Positions 37,611 to 48,160 are shown, numbered from the stretch's first letter. The stretch: 64,000 nucleotides of DNA from Clostridia bacterium (GCA_017407205.1 JAFQXA010000019.1:41210-105209); one strand, 5' to 3'. Notes: generated from the letters alone by a model not told the origin. A program made the numbers and translations.

Positions 37611-38061
37611 TACAATTTTCCTCACAATCCGTAATCGCTTTGCCCTCATTTAAGATATCGGCAAGCGTTGTTGTATTTAATACCTCGTCTATGGACGATT
37701 GAAGCTTTAACCAAAGCGGCCGTGTTATGCACGATGACGTGTTGCTGCATGAAGAACTTTCACCGCATCTTCCCACACAGTCTGCTACTGAAGTATTCCC
37801 CTCAAGAGCAAATAATATATCGCCGATGTTTATTTGCTGAGGCTCACGTGTGAGCATATAGCCACCGCCTGCACCGCGTATCGACTCAACAAGCCCCTCT
37901 TTTTTCAAAAGACTCATAAGCTGTTCAAGATACGCTTCACTTATGCCTTGCTTTTGTGCCAAGCACGATGCACTGACCACGCCTTTGCCATAATTCAAAG
38001 CGAGCTCAGCCATTGCCTTAATTCCGTATTTTCCACGTGTTGACACTTTTTTCATACTCAA
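37591..38061 (-). CDS. Rrf2-family transcriptional regulator (IscR/CymR-like)
   Basis: STRGKYGIKAMAELALNY..VSASCLAQKQGISEAYLEQLMSLLKKEGLVESIRGAGGGY, plus Cys residues in the C-terminal half. Confidence 0.85.
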   Translation of the reverse strand: MSMKKVSTRGKYGIKAMAELALNYGKGVVSASCLAQKQGISEAYLEQLMSLLKKEGLVESIRGAGGGYMLTREPQQINIGDILFALEGNTSVADCVGRCGESSSCSNTSSCITRPLWLKLQSSIDEVLNTTTLADILNEGKAITDCEENCNDESLS

Positions 38062-38096
38062 AATGATACGCCTTTATTACTCCTTTGTCAATAAAT

Positions 38097-38113
38097 CCAA
38101 GTAAATTACTTGG
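38097..38113. promoter_or_regulatory. 17-bp palindrome CCAAGTAAATTACTTGG, candidate Rrf2 operator
   Basis: Perfect 8-bp arms around one central base, about 40 nt upstream of the Rrf2 gene start. Confidence 0.5.
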
Positions 38114-38182
38114 GATTATTTTTAAAACAAAAGACTCCCTTTAAAAGAGAGCCTTTTGTTTTTTTAAACACGGATGTGTTTT

Positions 38183-39355
38183 TTACGGAATGAGCTTTTC
38201 TGCAACGTCTGTACGCTCCCAGGGGAGGTCGAGATCGTTTCTGCCGAAGTGACCGTAAGCTGCTGTCTGACGGTAGATGGGGCTTCTCAAATTAAGCCTC
38301 TCTATGATAGCTTCGGGACGGAGGTCGAAGTGTTCTTCAATAAGCTGCTGGATGCGTTCATCACTTACAACGCCTGTGCCGTCTGTATCAACGAGGATTG
38401 AAACGGGGCGTGCAACGCCGATTGCGTATGCAAGCTGAACTTCACAGCGTGAAGCGAGCTTTGCTGCAACGATGTTCTTTGCAACGTAACGTGCGGCATA
38501 TGCTGCACTTCTGTCAACCTTTGTCGGGTCCTTACCGGAGAATGCGCCACCGCCGTGACGGCCCATTCCGCCGTATGTATCAACGATTATCTTTCTGCCT
38601 GTGAGACCTGCATCGCCCTGAGGACCGCCGATTACGAAACGGCCTGTGGGGTTAACGTAAATCTTTGTATCTGTATCAAGATATTCAGCAGGGATTATGG
38701 GCTTGATAACATTTTCAAGGATATCAAGGCGAATCTTATTGAGGTCAACATCGGGATCATGCTGTGTTGAAATAACGATTGTATCAACACGGATGGGCTT
38801 GCCGTTGTCATACTCAACAGTTACCTGGCTCTTACCGTCGGGACGGAGATATGTCAAGATGCCGTCCTTGCGAACTTTGGTAAGTCTGCGTGTGAGAGCG
38901 TGTGCCAATGAGATGGGGAGGGGCATATATTCGGGTGTTTCGTCACAAGCAAAGCCGAACATCATACCCTGGTCACCTGCACCTGTTGTGAAGTTGTCAG
39001 TAGTTTCGCCGCTCTTTGTTTCGAGGGACTTGTCAACGCCCATTGCGATGTCGGGTGACTGTTCCTTGATAGCTGTGATAACTGTAAGTGAGCTGCTGTC
39101 AAAACCGTATTCGGGCTTATCGTAACCGATATCCTTTACAACATCACGAACGAGCTTTGTGATATCAACTTCACAGTTAGCTGTGATTTCGCCCATAACG
39201 AGCACTGTACCTGTTGTTGCTGCACACTCGCAAGCTACGCGAGCGTTCTTGTCCTGTGCGAAAATCGCATCAAGCACTGCATCGGATATGCAGTCACAAA
39301 CCTTATCGGGATGTCCTTCGGTTACCGATTCTGAAGTAAAGAGTTTTCTTGCCAT
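38183..39355 (-). CDS. metK: S-adenosylmethionine synthase
   Basis: [33 protein letters not shown], and [19 protein letters not shown]. The start was trimmed from the track ORF (39388). Confidence 0.95.
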   Translation of the reverse strand: MARKLFTSESVTEGHPDKVCDCISDAVLDAIFAQDKNARVACECAATTGTVLVMGEITANCEVDITKLVRDVVKDIGYDKPEYGFDSSSLTVITAIKEQSPDIAMGVDKSLETKSGETTDNFTTGAGDQGMMFGFACDETPEYMPLPISLAHALTRRLTKVRKDGILTYLRPDGKSQVTVEYDNGKPIRVDTIVISTQHDPDVDLNKIRLDILENVIKPIIPAEYLDTDTKIYVNPTGRFVIGGPQGDAGLTGRKIIVDTYGGMGRHGGGAFSGKDPTKVDRSAAYAARYVAKNIVAAKLASRCEVQLAYAIGVARPVSILVDTDGTGVVSDERIQQLIEEHFDLRPEAIIERLNLRSPIYRQTAAYGHFGRNDLDLPWERTDVAEKLIP

Positions 39356-39368
39356 TTTAAAAACCTCC

Positions 39369-39512
39369 AAAAATAAAATCAACCTCACACAGTGATGAGG
39401 TCAGATTATACATCGCTCATCTTTCAATGCGTGTGCATTGCCGGAATTGGCACCTTGCTGTAAGTAGGTTGCCGGGCTTCACAGGGCCGTTCCCTCTGCC
39501 TCTCTTGATAAA
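39369..39512 (-). promoter_or_regulatory. SAM-I (S-box) riboswitch with terminator, leader of metK
   Basis: The reverse complement reads TTATCAAGAGAGGCAGAGGGAACGGCCCTGTGAAGCCCGGCAACC..GGTGCCAATTCCGGCA..GAAAGATGAG. This is followed by an ACCTCA..TGAGGT hairpin and a T-run. Confidence 0.9.
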
Positions 39513-39640
39513 CTGTATTTGGTTGTTGCATGAATATTATCATAAAAAAACCGTTCGTGTCAATAGTTGCTTAGGGTGAATATGTGTATTATAATCAAAT
39601 AAGTCGCATTTTTTGCAAAGTTCACACGGAGTTTAATTTT

Positions 39641-40423
39641 ATGAAGCATGTTTTAGGGTGTATACGACGGGCTGACGAGCGTTTTAATATGATAAGGGAT
39701 GGCGACAAGGTGTGCGTAGGCGTATCGGGCGGTAAGGACAGCCTGCTTTTGATGTACGGCTTGAAGCTTTACCAGCGCTTTTCCAAAAAACGCTATGACC
39801 TTTGCGCCGTAATGCTCGACTTGGGGCTGAATGGCGAATCCTTTGACCCCGTTCAGGAATATGCAGACTCCATAGAAGTACCCCTTGACATAATAAAAAC
39901 CGACATCGGTGAGGTTGTATTCAATATCCGTAAAGAAAGCCACCCCTGCGCACTTTGCTCAAAATTAAGGCGTGGAGCCTTGAATGATGCCGCGGTTCAA
40001 AGGGGAGCTAACCTTGTTGCACTCGGGCATAACAGGGATGATGTTATAGAAACATTTTTCCTGAGCCTTTTATACGAGAGCCGTTTGAATACTTTCGGAC
40101 CTGTTACATACCTCGGAAGAAAGGATGTAACGGTTATCCGCCCGATGATTTTCCTGCCAGAAAAGTATGCCTTGGGCGTTGCACGAAAGCTTGAATTGCC
40201 TATAAGAAAGCCCAACTGCGAAGCTGCAGGGAACACAAAACGCGAGGACATGAAGGATATAATAAAATATCTTTCAAAGTTTGTTCCAAATCCCGAAGAG
40301 CGAATTATGAAGGCAATAGCGGACACTCATAAATACGGAATGTGGGACAGGCTTCGCTTGCCTCCGAGGGACTTGGCTGAAGGAATTGAGAATTTTATTT
40401 CGGAAGACTTGAATAATGACTGA
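39641..40423 (+). CDS. ttcA: PP-loop ATPase, tRNA 2-thiocytidine biosynthesis TtcA-like
   Basis: VGVSGGKDS PP-loop and a CALCSKLRRG CxxC motif. The start was moved from the GTG at 39584 to MKHVLG. Confidence 0.7.
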   Translation: MKHVLGCIRRADERFNMIRDGDKVCVGVSGGKDSLLLMYGLKLYQRFSKKRYDLCAVMLDLGLNGESFDPVQEYADSIEVPLDIIKTDIGEVVFNIRKESHPCALCSKLRRGALNDAAVQRGANLVALGHNRDDVIETFFLSLLYESRLNTFGPVTYLGRKDVTVIRPMIFLPEKYALGVARKLELPIRKPNCEAAGNTKREDMKDIIKYLSKFVPNPEERIMKAIADTHKYGMWDRLRLPPRDLAEGIENFISEDLNND

Positions 40424-40685
40424 AATTCTTTTGGGTATAACAGCAGTAATGAGCATAATTGCGTTTATTATGATGGGCGTTGACAAAAGCCTTGCAAGGC
40501 ACAATAAACGCAGAATAAGCGAAAAGGCACTTATGCTTTCAGCACTTTTGATGGGCGGTGTAGGTGCATATGTCGGAATGTATACATTCCGTCATAAAAC
40601 AAAGCACTTAAAATTCACATTGGGTGTACCGCTGATTATAGTATTAAATATTGCAATAATAATCGCCGCTTCAAAGTTTGCTTGA
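40416..40685 (+). CDS. DUF1294 membrane protein
   Basis: MGVDKSLARHNKRRISEKALMLSALLGG..GMYTFRHKTKH is the DUF1294 signature. Confidence 0.65.
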   Translation: MTEILLGITAVMSIIAFIMMGVDKSLARHNKRRISEKALMLSALLMGGVGAYVGMYTFRHKTKHLKFTLGVPLIIVLNIAIIIAASKFA

Positions 40686-40702
40686 AAGCGGCGAATTTTT
40701 TA

Positions 40703-41971
40703 TTATGCTATGCAGGACTTGTGCACATAGCCTGTGAATGAATCTGCCTGGCAATAGTACCAATTTCCTGATTTTGATATCACGTTTATTTCTGTGTTTG
40801 GTGCCAATACTGATATGACTTCACTGCTTGTGGAAGCCGTCAGTCTCATGTTTGCGCGGATATCGCTTCTTATAAATTTAATGTTTTCGGCAACTATGAT
40901 ATCGGAGCTTTCATACCCTTTAAGTACGGGATAGTTTACTGCAACCGTGCGTTTTAAATTGGCTGTTTTTACGTGCCCGTGTATGTATTTATCACCGCAC
41001 TTATATTCTATGACGCACCATTCCTTGTTGTATGGTGAAAGGTATTTTACCTGTGTTCCCTTGGGTGCCGTTGCTTTCAAAACCGAGTTTTCCCTTGCTC
41101 TTGAATAAATCTTCAATGTGTCCTTTGCACTGTAAACATCAACGGTGAGCTTGTAGTTGTTGGGTTCAAAAAGCAGGTACTGTGTTTTAACATAGCCTGT
41201 TTTACCGTTTAACAATTCTATTTTGCACCATGTGGGACTTATCTGCAAAAGTGAGCACTTTGTGTTCGCATTAAGATAGCCTATTGTTGTATCGTTAACG
41301 CTGCTTGAGCCTGTACGCAAGGGAGTGTTGTCCGCCTTTATAACTGCAGGAAGCTCAAGTGGCCAAGCCTTTGTGTCCGTGGGCTGTTTGTATTTTGAGA
41401 ATGAAGGCATTGTGCTTTTAACTTGCTTTACGAGTGCATCATTCTTTGCGCGCTTGACTATTTTACAGGTTGTTTCGGGAGGACAGTTGTAGAATATGAA
41501 TTTTGCCATGTCGGTAGTTGTTCTTACGCAGCCGTGCGAAGCCGCTGTGCCGAGTGTATTGTATGCCGAGCGTGACATGGATGATGTTTTTTGGGAAGAG
41601 TACATTACGGAGTGAATGTATATACCGCGTACAATCTGCGACCAGTACTGTGCGTATTCGCCAAAAGCGACAAAGTAACCGAAGCGCTCCTTCATGTGCC
41701 CAAGGGGGTATGTGCCTGCACCCGTTGGGGTTTCGGCCTTGCCCGTTGTGCAAAGTGCCTGCTTTACTATGCTGTTATCATGATTATCAATAACTGTGAT
41801 GATCTGATTTGTAAGGTCGATATCTATCGTGTATCTGTAAGGGTCAGTATTATCATAGTCAACCTTTGAGGTGAAGCCCGTTATATATTCTGCGTTTGAA
41901 ATAAGAGCAGGCGATAATACCGAAACAAATACAAGCAAAGCAATAAGCATGCAGGACAAGCGTTTCATCAT
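40703..41971 (-). CDS. L,D-transpeptidase (YkuD domain) with C-terminal SH3-like repeats
   Basis: Signal peptide, the YkuD catalytic stretch IYIHSV..AASHGCVRT, and three repeated roughly 70-aa SH3b-like modules. Confidence 0.75.
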   Translation of the reverse strand: MMKRLSCMLIALLVFVSVLSPALISNAEYITGFTSKVDYDNTDPYRYTIDIDLTNQIITVIDNHDNSIVKQALCTTGKAETPTGAGTYPLGHMKERFGYFVAFGEYAQYWSQIVRGIYIHSVMYSSQKTSSMSRSAYNTLGTAASHGCVRTTTDMAKFIFYNCPPETTCKIVKRAKNDALVKQVKSTMPSFSKYKQPTDTKAWPLELPAVIKADNTPLRTGSSSVNDTTIGYLNANTKCSLLQISPTWCKIELLNGKTGYVKTQYLLFEPNNYKLTVDVYSAKDTLKIYSRARENSVLKATAPKGTQVKYLSPYNKEWCVIEYKCGDKYIHGHVKTANLKRTVAVNYPVLKGYESSDIIVAENIKFIRSDIRANMRLTASTSSEVISVLAPNTEINVISKSGNWYYCQADSFTGYVHKSCIA

Positions 41972-42006
41972 AATACAATAACTCCCTGTAAAAAAATACG
42001 GTATTA

Positions 42007-42834
42007 TTATATGCCGTTTGTGTCCAACTTGTCCATAAAAAATGAAGCGAAAAATCCGAGAATCAAAAGAAATGTGTTTAATATCTGAATATATGACATT
42101 TCAATGCCCGGGAAAATCAAAACAACGGTACCTAAAAGTAAGCCGAATGATGTGTAATATGTTGCACAGCGATACTTCAAGAGCATCTTTCTTACGAATA
42201 TGAAAAGAAGTGCAGCCACAATGAGTCCGCCAAGGAGAGCAGATAAAAGCATGGGGATATCGAATGAATTGAGTGAGGAAAGCAAGGGTTCATAAAGCCC
42301 TACAAACATGAGCAGGAATGAAGAGCTTATGCCGGGAATTACAATGCCTGTGGCTATTACGCCACCGCAGAACATGGCGGTAAAGAAGTTAAACGGAAGT
42401 GCCTCGCCTGCAACAAAAGTTTTTTCGAGGAAGAAAAGACCTACAGCAAAGGCTATGCCTATTGCCGTGCCTATGAGATATCTGGGCTTGAACGCATTAC
42501 CATCATTTGCCTGCTTAAGAAAGGAGGGTACACCGCCAAGCACAAGCCCCATGAGGAGATATGTGAGCGAAACTTCGTATTTGCTCAAGAGCCATTCAAG
42601 AAGGAAGCTCATAGGCAAAAGCCCTATAAGTGAGCCGATTAGTAACGGGATAAGAAAGGAAAGACTCTTTTTAGTGTCTTTAAAAAAGTTTGCAATTGCA
42701 TCGAGTATTTTCTCATAAATACCCGTTGCTACTGCAAGTATTCCACCGCTTGCGCCGGGCAAAATTCCGCCAAAGCCAATTATTGCACCTTTGAAAATCA
42801 ATAAAAGGGTTTCGTTCTTCTTTTGTTTTTTCAT
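42007..42834 (-). CDS. DUF368 family membrane protein (candidate undecaprenyl-phosphate translocase type)
   Basis: GAIIGFGGILPGASGGILAV and a second GIVIPGISSSFLLM half-repeat are typical of DUF368. Confidence 0.65.
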   Translation of the reverse strand: MKKQKKNETLLLIFKGAIIGFGGILPGASGGILAVATGIYEKILDAIANFFKDTKKSLSFLIPLLIGSLIGLLPMSFLLEWLLSKYEVSLTYLLMGLVLGGVPSFLKQANDGNAFKPRYLIGTAIGIAFAVGLFFLEKTFVAGEALPFNFFTAMFCGGVIATGIVIPGISSSFLLMFVGLYEPLLSSLNSFDIPMLLSALLGGLIVAALLFIFVRKMLLKYRCATYYTSFGLLLGTVVLIFPGIEMSYIQILNTFLLILGFFASFFMDKLDTNGI

Positions 42835-42855
42835 TTGTACTTTTTATTCCTTTAT

Positions 42856-44850
42856 TTATCTTGCCTGATTTATTTTTGAAATGCCGACAACAGCCTGCGA
42901 AACAAGTGTTGCATCGTATACGTTGAGGCTTCCCGACGAGTCAATATCGGCAGCGAGTGCATAAGCGCCTTCAAGCTTCTTTATGCCAACAACGTGCTGC
43001 ATTATCAGGTTGGCATCTAAAATATTACAGGTGCCGTCACCATCAACGTCGCCGTATATAACTACGGTATATTGCTTGCCCATATAGCTTATTACCGAAT
43101 TTGTACCGATGAATTTTGGTTCAATGTGCCCAAATGACAAAAGATGTGCGCCATATATCGGAGCAAAAAATTCAGAAGGCGACAAGCTGTAACCAACATT
43201 TGTCAATGTTTGGATTTTATCGTTGAATATATAGTCGGATACGGGGGTGGTGGGTGTTGGTGTCGGCTTAGGTGTAGGTGTAGGTCGCGCCGTAGGAGTT
43301 GTCAATACGGGAGGCATTGTGAATATTGGTGCAGGAACAAGTTCGAAAAAACCAAGTGTTGCACCGGGGAAGAAGAATGCAAGGATTTCATCATATGTCA
43401 TATTGTATTTATCGCTTGCCATTATCTGTGCACTGCTTTGGCTTAAGCCTACTCCGTGACCGAAACGCCTGTGATAAACAGCATAGCCGCCGTCAACCTG
43501 TTGGACATTGTAGATGCGAAGCTCCGTTCTTGTCATTACGTTCAATGAATAAAGCTCCGACATTTTGAATGTGAAGGAGAATGTTATATCGCGTGTTGTG
43601 CGTTCTTCTTCAGTTTCTTTTAAGGCTGTGCTTTTTAAAACTGAATCGGTCAATTTTAAAGGTTCATTAAGTGTTAAAACGCCTTTTTTCAGTACGGTAT
43701 CCATTATTATATCGTCTGCAGTTACACTTGCATTGAGTGTTACATGAGCGTATACATGATCTACGGACTCCGTTGTGCCTTCTGCGTTTGTTGAATACAT
43801 ATCGCTTATGCTGTTTATGCTCAAAACCTGAGCATTCATTGTTGCAACACCTGCTGACACAAGTGCCTGACGCGTATAAGACAGGAGGAACGAATTTATT
43901 TTTTTATATGAGGAATACCATATGCCGTCATTCTTGGGTTGAGTTGTTTCGGTTAAGTATTTTGAGGTGTTTTCGGATGGGAAGAAGGCCATCTCAACAC
44001 GCGAACCGTTATTTTCAAGGTCGTAAGGGTCGCTTACCTGCTTGTAAGCTCCGTCATAATACGTGGGATATCCCCAGGCTTGTTCAGGCATAACTGTTTC
44101 GCCACCGTTGCTGTGAGAGTAGAAGGTGGGGAAGAGCTTGCCATCTAAATACATTGCTTCGTTTATAGTTGCATCAACTGCTGCGATACACTTTACAAAA
44201 GCAGGTGAGTAGCCCTCGTAAACCTGGTCCTGCGATGTATCCCTTGTGTCGTATATCGAAGATGATGAGGTGGTGTCTATTTTGTAGCAAACAAAGCCCT
44301 TGCTTGCGATAGCCTGACTCTTTAATGCCTCAAGCGGTGAGTATTCGGGCATTTCGTTGGGAACTACACCGTAAAGATAATGAAGCATGCATACCGTATT
44401 GATAAGGCGGAGATGATGCCCGGATGATGATTTATATGTGCGGATCGTAAGGTCACCAAGATAGTTGAGTGTGAGGTTGTGGTTTGTGTTGTAAAGAGAG
44501 AAGTAACCTGCCTCGATTTCAGCCTTTGTGCGACGCAAAGTCATGATATTGCCACTGTCGAATATCAATGTTGCCGAGCTTTCACTTCCGCTTGATGAAT
44601 AACGCACGGAGAGTATTCCCGTGTCTGAATCCGTTGAAATGTAAAGCTTTCCGTCCGTGACCGTTGAGTTTATTTCGGGTATGTAGTAAGTACCCTTGAG
44701 CGATACCTCTTTTTTGGTTTCATAATCGCCTATGCTGAGCTTAACGCGAACAGTGCTGTAATCTGACTTGGCACTTGCAGACATAAACGGAAGTGCAAGC
44801 GAAACAAGCAAAACAGCAAGCGTAAAAATCGCAATTATTCTGTTACGCAA
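42856..44850 (-). CDS. secreted SpoIID/LytB-domain protein with Pro/Thr linker and C-terminal dockerin
   Basis: LEALKSQAIASKGF, DQVYEGY, YSHSNGGET and FGHGVGLSQSSA are SpoIID-like motifs. These are followed by PTPTPKPTPTPTTP, then YGDVDGDGTCNILDANLIMQHVVG and ADIDSSGSLNVYDATLVSQAVVG. TTG start. Confidence 0.75.
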   Translation of the reverse strand: MRNRIIAIFTLAVLLVSLALPFMSASAKSDYSTVRVKLSIGDYETKKEVSLKGTYYIPEINSTVTDGKLYISTDSDTGILSVRYSSSGSESSATLIFDSGNIMTLRRTKAEIEAGYFSLYNTNHNLTLNYLGDLTIRTYKSSSGHHLRLINTVCMLHYLYGVVPNEMPEYSPLEALKSQAIASKGFVCYKIDTTSSSSIYDTRDTSQDQVYEGYSPAFVKCIAAVDATINEAMYLDGKLFPTFYSHSNGGETVMPEQAWGYPTYYDGAYKQVSDPYDLENNGSRVEMAFFPSENTSKYLTETTQPKNDGIWYSSYKKINSFLLSYTRQALVSAGVATMNAQVLSINSISDMYSTNAEGTTESVDHVYAHVTLNASVTADDIIMDTVLKKGVLTLNEPLKLTDSVLKSTALKETEEERTTRDITFSFTFKMSELYSLNVMTRTELRIYNVQQVDGGYAVYHRRFGHGVGLSQSSAQIMASDKYNMTYDEILAFFFPGATLGFFELVPAPIFTMPPVLTTPTARPTPTPKPTPTPTTPVSDYIFNDKIQTLTNVGYSLSPSEFFAPIYGAHLLSFGHIEPKFIGTNSVISYMGKQYTVVIYGDVDGDGTCNILDANLIMQHVVGIKKLEGAYALAADIDSSGSLNVYDATLVSQAVVGISKINQAR

Positions 44851-44977
44851 AATACAGCACCTCCATTATAATAAAAAGTCTTACACCAATTATAAATGAT
44901 GTAAGACTTTAAAGTAACGATTAGAGCTTTTAATTAACAATTCGTTAGCATATATGGAACATTTAGTACAACTTTAA

Positions 44978-46816
44978 CTATTTTTGGCTTACAATGTCGA
45001 TGCCTACAGCCTGTGACATAACAGCGGTTGCATCTGCCACGCTGATTGTTCCGTCGTGATTTGCATCAGCAGCATCGGTATATATGCCGTTTATTGTGTG
45101 TATGCCGACTATGTGGTTCATGATTGTTGAAGCATCTGCAACATCGAGAATACCGTTGCCGTTAAGGTCACCGTATATCTTTATTGTGTAGTGCTTGGGG
45201 GTTGATGAACCTTGGGTGTAAAGATACGCACTGCAACCTGTGCCGACATAGCTTCCCCTTGTGCCTATAATATTTACCGAAGTAAGGTTCGGTATTGATT
45301 CAAGTATAAGCTGCTCAACGCGTGAAGGCGTAGTGTTTGAGGGAATATTAGATATCGTTTTTTCTGCTTCGTTTATGATGCAGGCGGAATTGATATCTTT
45401 AAGTGTAACACCTATATACCTAAGCGAAGCCGAAGCATCGGACGAGGGGGTAAACACACGGTTTTTAGGCTTGATTACTATTGCACCTCCACCGTAAATG
45501 GTGGCAGAAGCGGATGAGGTGTAAAGAATGGGATTTACTGAATTGAACTTATCCGATGTGCCAAAGCCGTAAATACCGTCAAAATCATTCGGGTCGTTTG
45601 CAATAAGCGCAATTTTAAACGCAAGCATTATTTCAGAAAGCGTTTTGCCATCAAGTGCAGTACCCTCCAGTGCTGCCATTATAGCTTTTTCATCCGTGGG
45701 ATTTGCATCGTTGGCGAAAACATCAAGCAGTTTTTTGAAGGACTTATAGGTTCCTGTCTGCGCCTTTAAATACTGACCGAAAAGGCAGTTCATGCCGTAA
45801 CAGGAAATGTCGGACTCGTTCCATGCGTAAGCGGAGTAACCGCTTGCATAGGAAGCTCCGTATGTGTTGAGCTGGTCTATTCTGCTCTCAAGTGTTGAAT
45901 TGGGATAAACAGCTTCCTGGGCTGCCATTGAGCAGGCTTCATCAAGCCATGTGCTTGCCCATGCCGTGCTTCCCGATTGCGTATTTGTCCAATACTTTGA
46001 GAAGCTGATAAGGTGCTGCATTTCGTGCGCTATTGTGTGGAATACCGAGTCAAGCGACGATGAGCCGTTGAATGAGATGGAGGGGTATGTGTCCAGATGT
46101 ATCATGGCGGACATATTGCCGTATGTGGGAACAAGGTCACCGCTCCAGAAAAAGCCAGTGTGATAGCTGTTTGTTGTTGTGCCGAACCCATCCTGTAAAT
46201 CATATACGAGAATATTGAGCTTGCCCATGCCCTTGGGATCATAGAAAGTGCCGAAGTTTTCAGTCATTGCAGGTAAAATTTTGTTGTCATATTCGTCTGC
46301 AATTTCCTGTGCCTGTTCAAGCGTTATTGCATATTCTTCTGAGGGAATGTACCAAACATAGCAGTTTTTGCCTGTAAGAGCGAGAGTAAACGTCTTTGAA
46401 ACAAGCGTGTTGCTTCCAATGGTGGGAAATACGTTAAAAACGCGCTCCTGACCGGTTGCATAAGTTTTGATTGAGAAAAGCTGATTCAAAAGTGTGCTCT
46501 TTGCAGGATAAACCGTTTCGGGAGCTTTGAAGTGAACGCTTTTCATTTCATCTGTATTTTCATCCTTTTCAGAAACGGATGAGGATACGAGCTTGCCGCT
46601 CAATGAGCCAGTTGCCATTGAAGATGAAGCCACAGTTGAAGGATTGTAAATTACAACATAATCACCCTCATAACCGCCCGACGGATTCGTGTCAAGTCCC
46701 AAAATACCGTCATTTACGGGTACGGCATGGGAAGTAGTGAACGGAACGAGAGTTAATGACAAAAGCATTATTACGGAAAGAACGAACGCGGAAAGAGCTT
46801 TGATGCGTTTTTGCAT
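44978..46816 (-). CDS. secreted putative zinc metallopeptidase (HExxH) with C-terminal dockerin
   Basis: Signal peptide, HTIAHEMQHLISF, and a C-terminal YGDLNGNGILDVADASTIMNHIVG / ADANHDGTISVADATAVMSQAVG dockerin. Confidence 0.6.
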   Translation of the reverse strand: MQKRIKALSAFVLSVIMLLSLTLVPFTTSHAVPVNDGILGLDTNPSGGYEGDYVVIYNPSTVASSSMATGSLSGKLVSSSVSEKDENTDEMKSVHFKAPETVYPAKSTLLNQLFSIKTYATGQERVFNVFPTIGSNTLVSKTFTLALTGKNCYVWYIPSEEYAITLEQAQEIADEYDNKILPAMTENFGTFYDPKGMGKLNILVYDLQDGFGTTTNSYHTGFFWSGDLVPTYGNMSAMIHLDTYPSISFNGSSSLDSVFHTIAHEMQHLISFSKYWTNTQSGSTAWASTWLDEACSMAAQEAVYPNSTLESRIDQLNTYGASYASGYSAYAWNESDISCYGMNCLFGQYLKAQTGTYKSFKKLLDVFANDANPTDEKAIMAALEGTALDGKTLSEIMLAFKIALIANDPNDFDGIYGFGTSDKFNSVNPILYTSSASATIYGGGAIVIKPKNRVFTPSSDASASLRYIGVTLKDINSACIINEAEKTISNIPSNTTPSRVEQLILESIPNLTSVNIIGTRGSYVGTGCSAYLYTQGSSTPKHYTIKIYGDLNGNGILDVADASTIMNHIVGIHTINGIYTDAADANHDGTISVADATAVMSQAVGIDIVSQK

Positions 46817-46915
46817 GGTGAATACCTCCGAAATAATTATTTAAACAGTTAAAGTAATGTTTCTATAAAGTAATGTAATTATATCATTATAAAAAAATCA
46901 TGTCTACTGTAAACA

Positions 46916-47776
46916 CTATATAAGTTGTGATACAAAGCAAGGCAAAACGCCCACAATAAGACAGTAAACAATACAGCCGAAGTTTTCAACACGCAAAAGA
47001 CGGTGCCTTGTGTTTGAAAAGAAAATGCAGGTCATGCACGTTAAAAAAGCAAGTGCCGACAAAACATAGCAAAAAGGTGTTGAATTTAAAAATGTAAGTG
47101 CGATTACAAAGAATACAAAAGACAAAGCCGTTGACGCATATAAAAGTATGTGGCGTATATTCTTGAAATGCGAGGTTTGGGGGAGAGTACGCCTTAAAGC
47201 TATATCAAAAGCATAAAACGCAAAAAGTCTTGAAAGCATATAGCAAAGTGTGGGAAAAATATCGGGAACCTTTGATGCAGCAAAGGCTTGTGTGATGACG
47301 ATAAAAGCATCTGCAAAAAAGAGGTTTGCAGCTCTTAAAAATATAAAAAGCTCGGTACGCTTCAAGATATAACCCTTCATAAAAAAGGAAGAGGAGTTCA
47401 AAATACAAAAACCGAGAACAAATACAAGCGATATAATAAGATAGTATGAGAGAAAGAAAGTTGCAATCACGCAAAGAGCCGTGAAAGCAAAGCCTGCCAT
47501 CTTGAGTTCGGTCAAAGTAATAAGACCGCTCGGAACAGGACGATCCTTGTGATGAGCGGAGTCGTACTTGAAATCCCTGTGTTCATCGCCGATACGGGTC
47601 AGGGCAAACATGGTGAAAGTAACGAGTGAAGCACAAAGAAAGCTCCAAACCGAAAACGGAATGTCAAAGGGCGTGGTTGAATAAAGTGCCATGCCGAGAG
47701 TTATAAGAAAAGCAGTCGGCAAAAGGTACAGTATAGGAAAACGCTCTGATTGATATGTGGAAAAACGATTATCCAT
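46916..47776 (-). CDS. UbiA-family prenyltransferase-like membrane protein
   Basis: Polytopic membrane protein with GDEHRDFKYDSAHHKDRPVPSG, an Asp-rich motif plus the RP.PSG loop. The start was trimmed to MDNRF. Confidence 0.5.
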   Translation of the reverse strand: MDNRFSTYQSERFPILYLLPTAFLITLGMALYSTTPFDIPFSVWSFLCASLVTFTMFALTRIGDEHRDFKYDSAHHKDRPVPSGLITLTELKMAGFAFTALCVIATFFLSYYLIISLVFVLGFCILNSSSFFMKGYILKRTELFIFLRAANLFFADAFIVITQAFAASKVPDIFPTLCYMLSRLFAFYAFDIALRRTLPQTSHFKNIRHILLYASTALSFVFFVIALTFLNSTPFCYVLSALAFLTCMTCIFFSNTRHRLLRVENFGCIVYCLIVGVLPCFVSQLI

Positions 47777-47913
47777 GAAGGGCCCTTTTTGAAAAATAAA
47801 TGTCAAAATCAGCTATAATTATATTGCAAATACAAAATAAAGTAAAGTTGAATACAAAAAAGATAAAAAGATGTATTGCAAAATCAAAAAAAGTGTGATA
47901 CTATATTTCCCAC

Positions 47914-48000
47914 GCCGAAGTGATGGAATTGGCAGACGTGACGGACTCAAAATCCGTTGGTAGCGATACCGTGTGGGTTCGAGTCCCACCTTCGGCACCA
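47914..48000 (+). tRNA. tRNA-Leu (anticodon CAA), CCA encoded
   Basis: Acceptor GCCGAAG/CTTCGGC, anticodon arm ACGGA-CTCAAAA-TCCGT, long variable arm, T arm GTGGG-TTCGAGT-CCCAC, and a terminal ACCA. Confidence 0.9.
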
Positions 48001-48003
48001 AAA

Positions 48004-48036
48004 ACAAAAGCACCCGAATGGGTGCTTTTGTTTTTG
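48004..48036 (+). terminator. intrinsic terminator after tRNA-Leu
   Basis: AAAAGCACCC-GAAT-GGGTGCTTTT hairpin followed by a T-run. Confidence 0.8.
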
Positions 48037-48160
48037 GTATAAAAGGGACTCGAAGGGCGGAAAAGAAAACGCTCCGGTGTGAGCGTTTTCCCGCCCCGGG
48101 GAGCGAAAGGAGCGAGCGCGGGCAGTGCGGAGCACAAGTAAGCCGCGGATTGAGCGGAGA

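Noticed and set aside
42308-42718. 136-aa plus-strand ORF
   Set aside because: It is antisense to the DUF368 membrane protein gene and is a shadow frame with no start context.
43240-43300. Apparent tandem DNA repeat (GGTGTAGGTGTAGGT; also 59470-59515 and 63120-63150)
   Set aside because: These are the coding sequences of Pro/Thr-rich interdomain linkers (PTPTPKPTPTP) in secreted proteins, not non-coding satellites.
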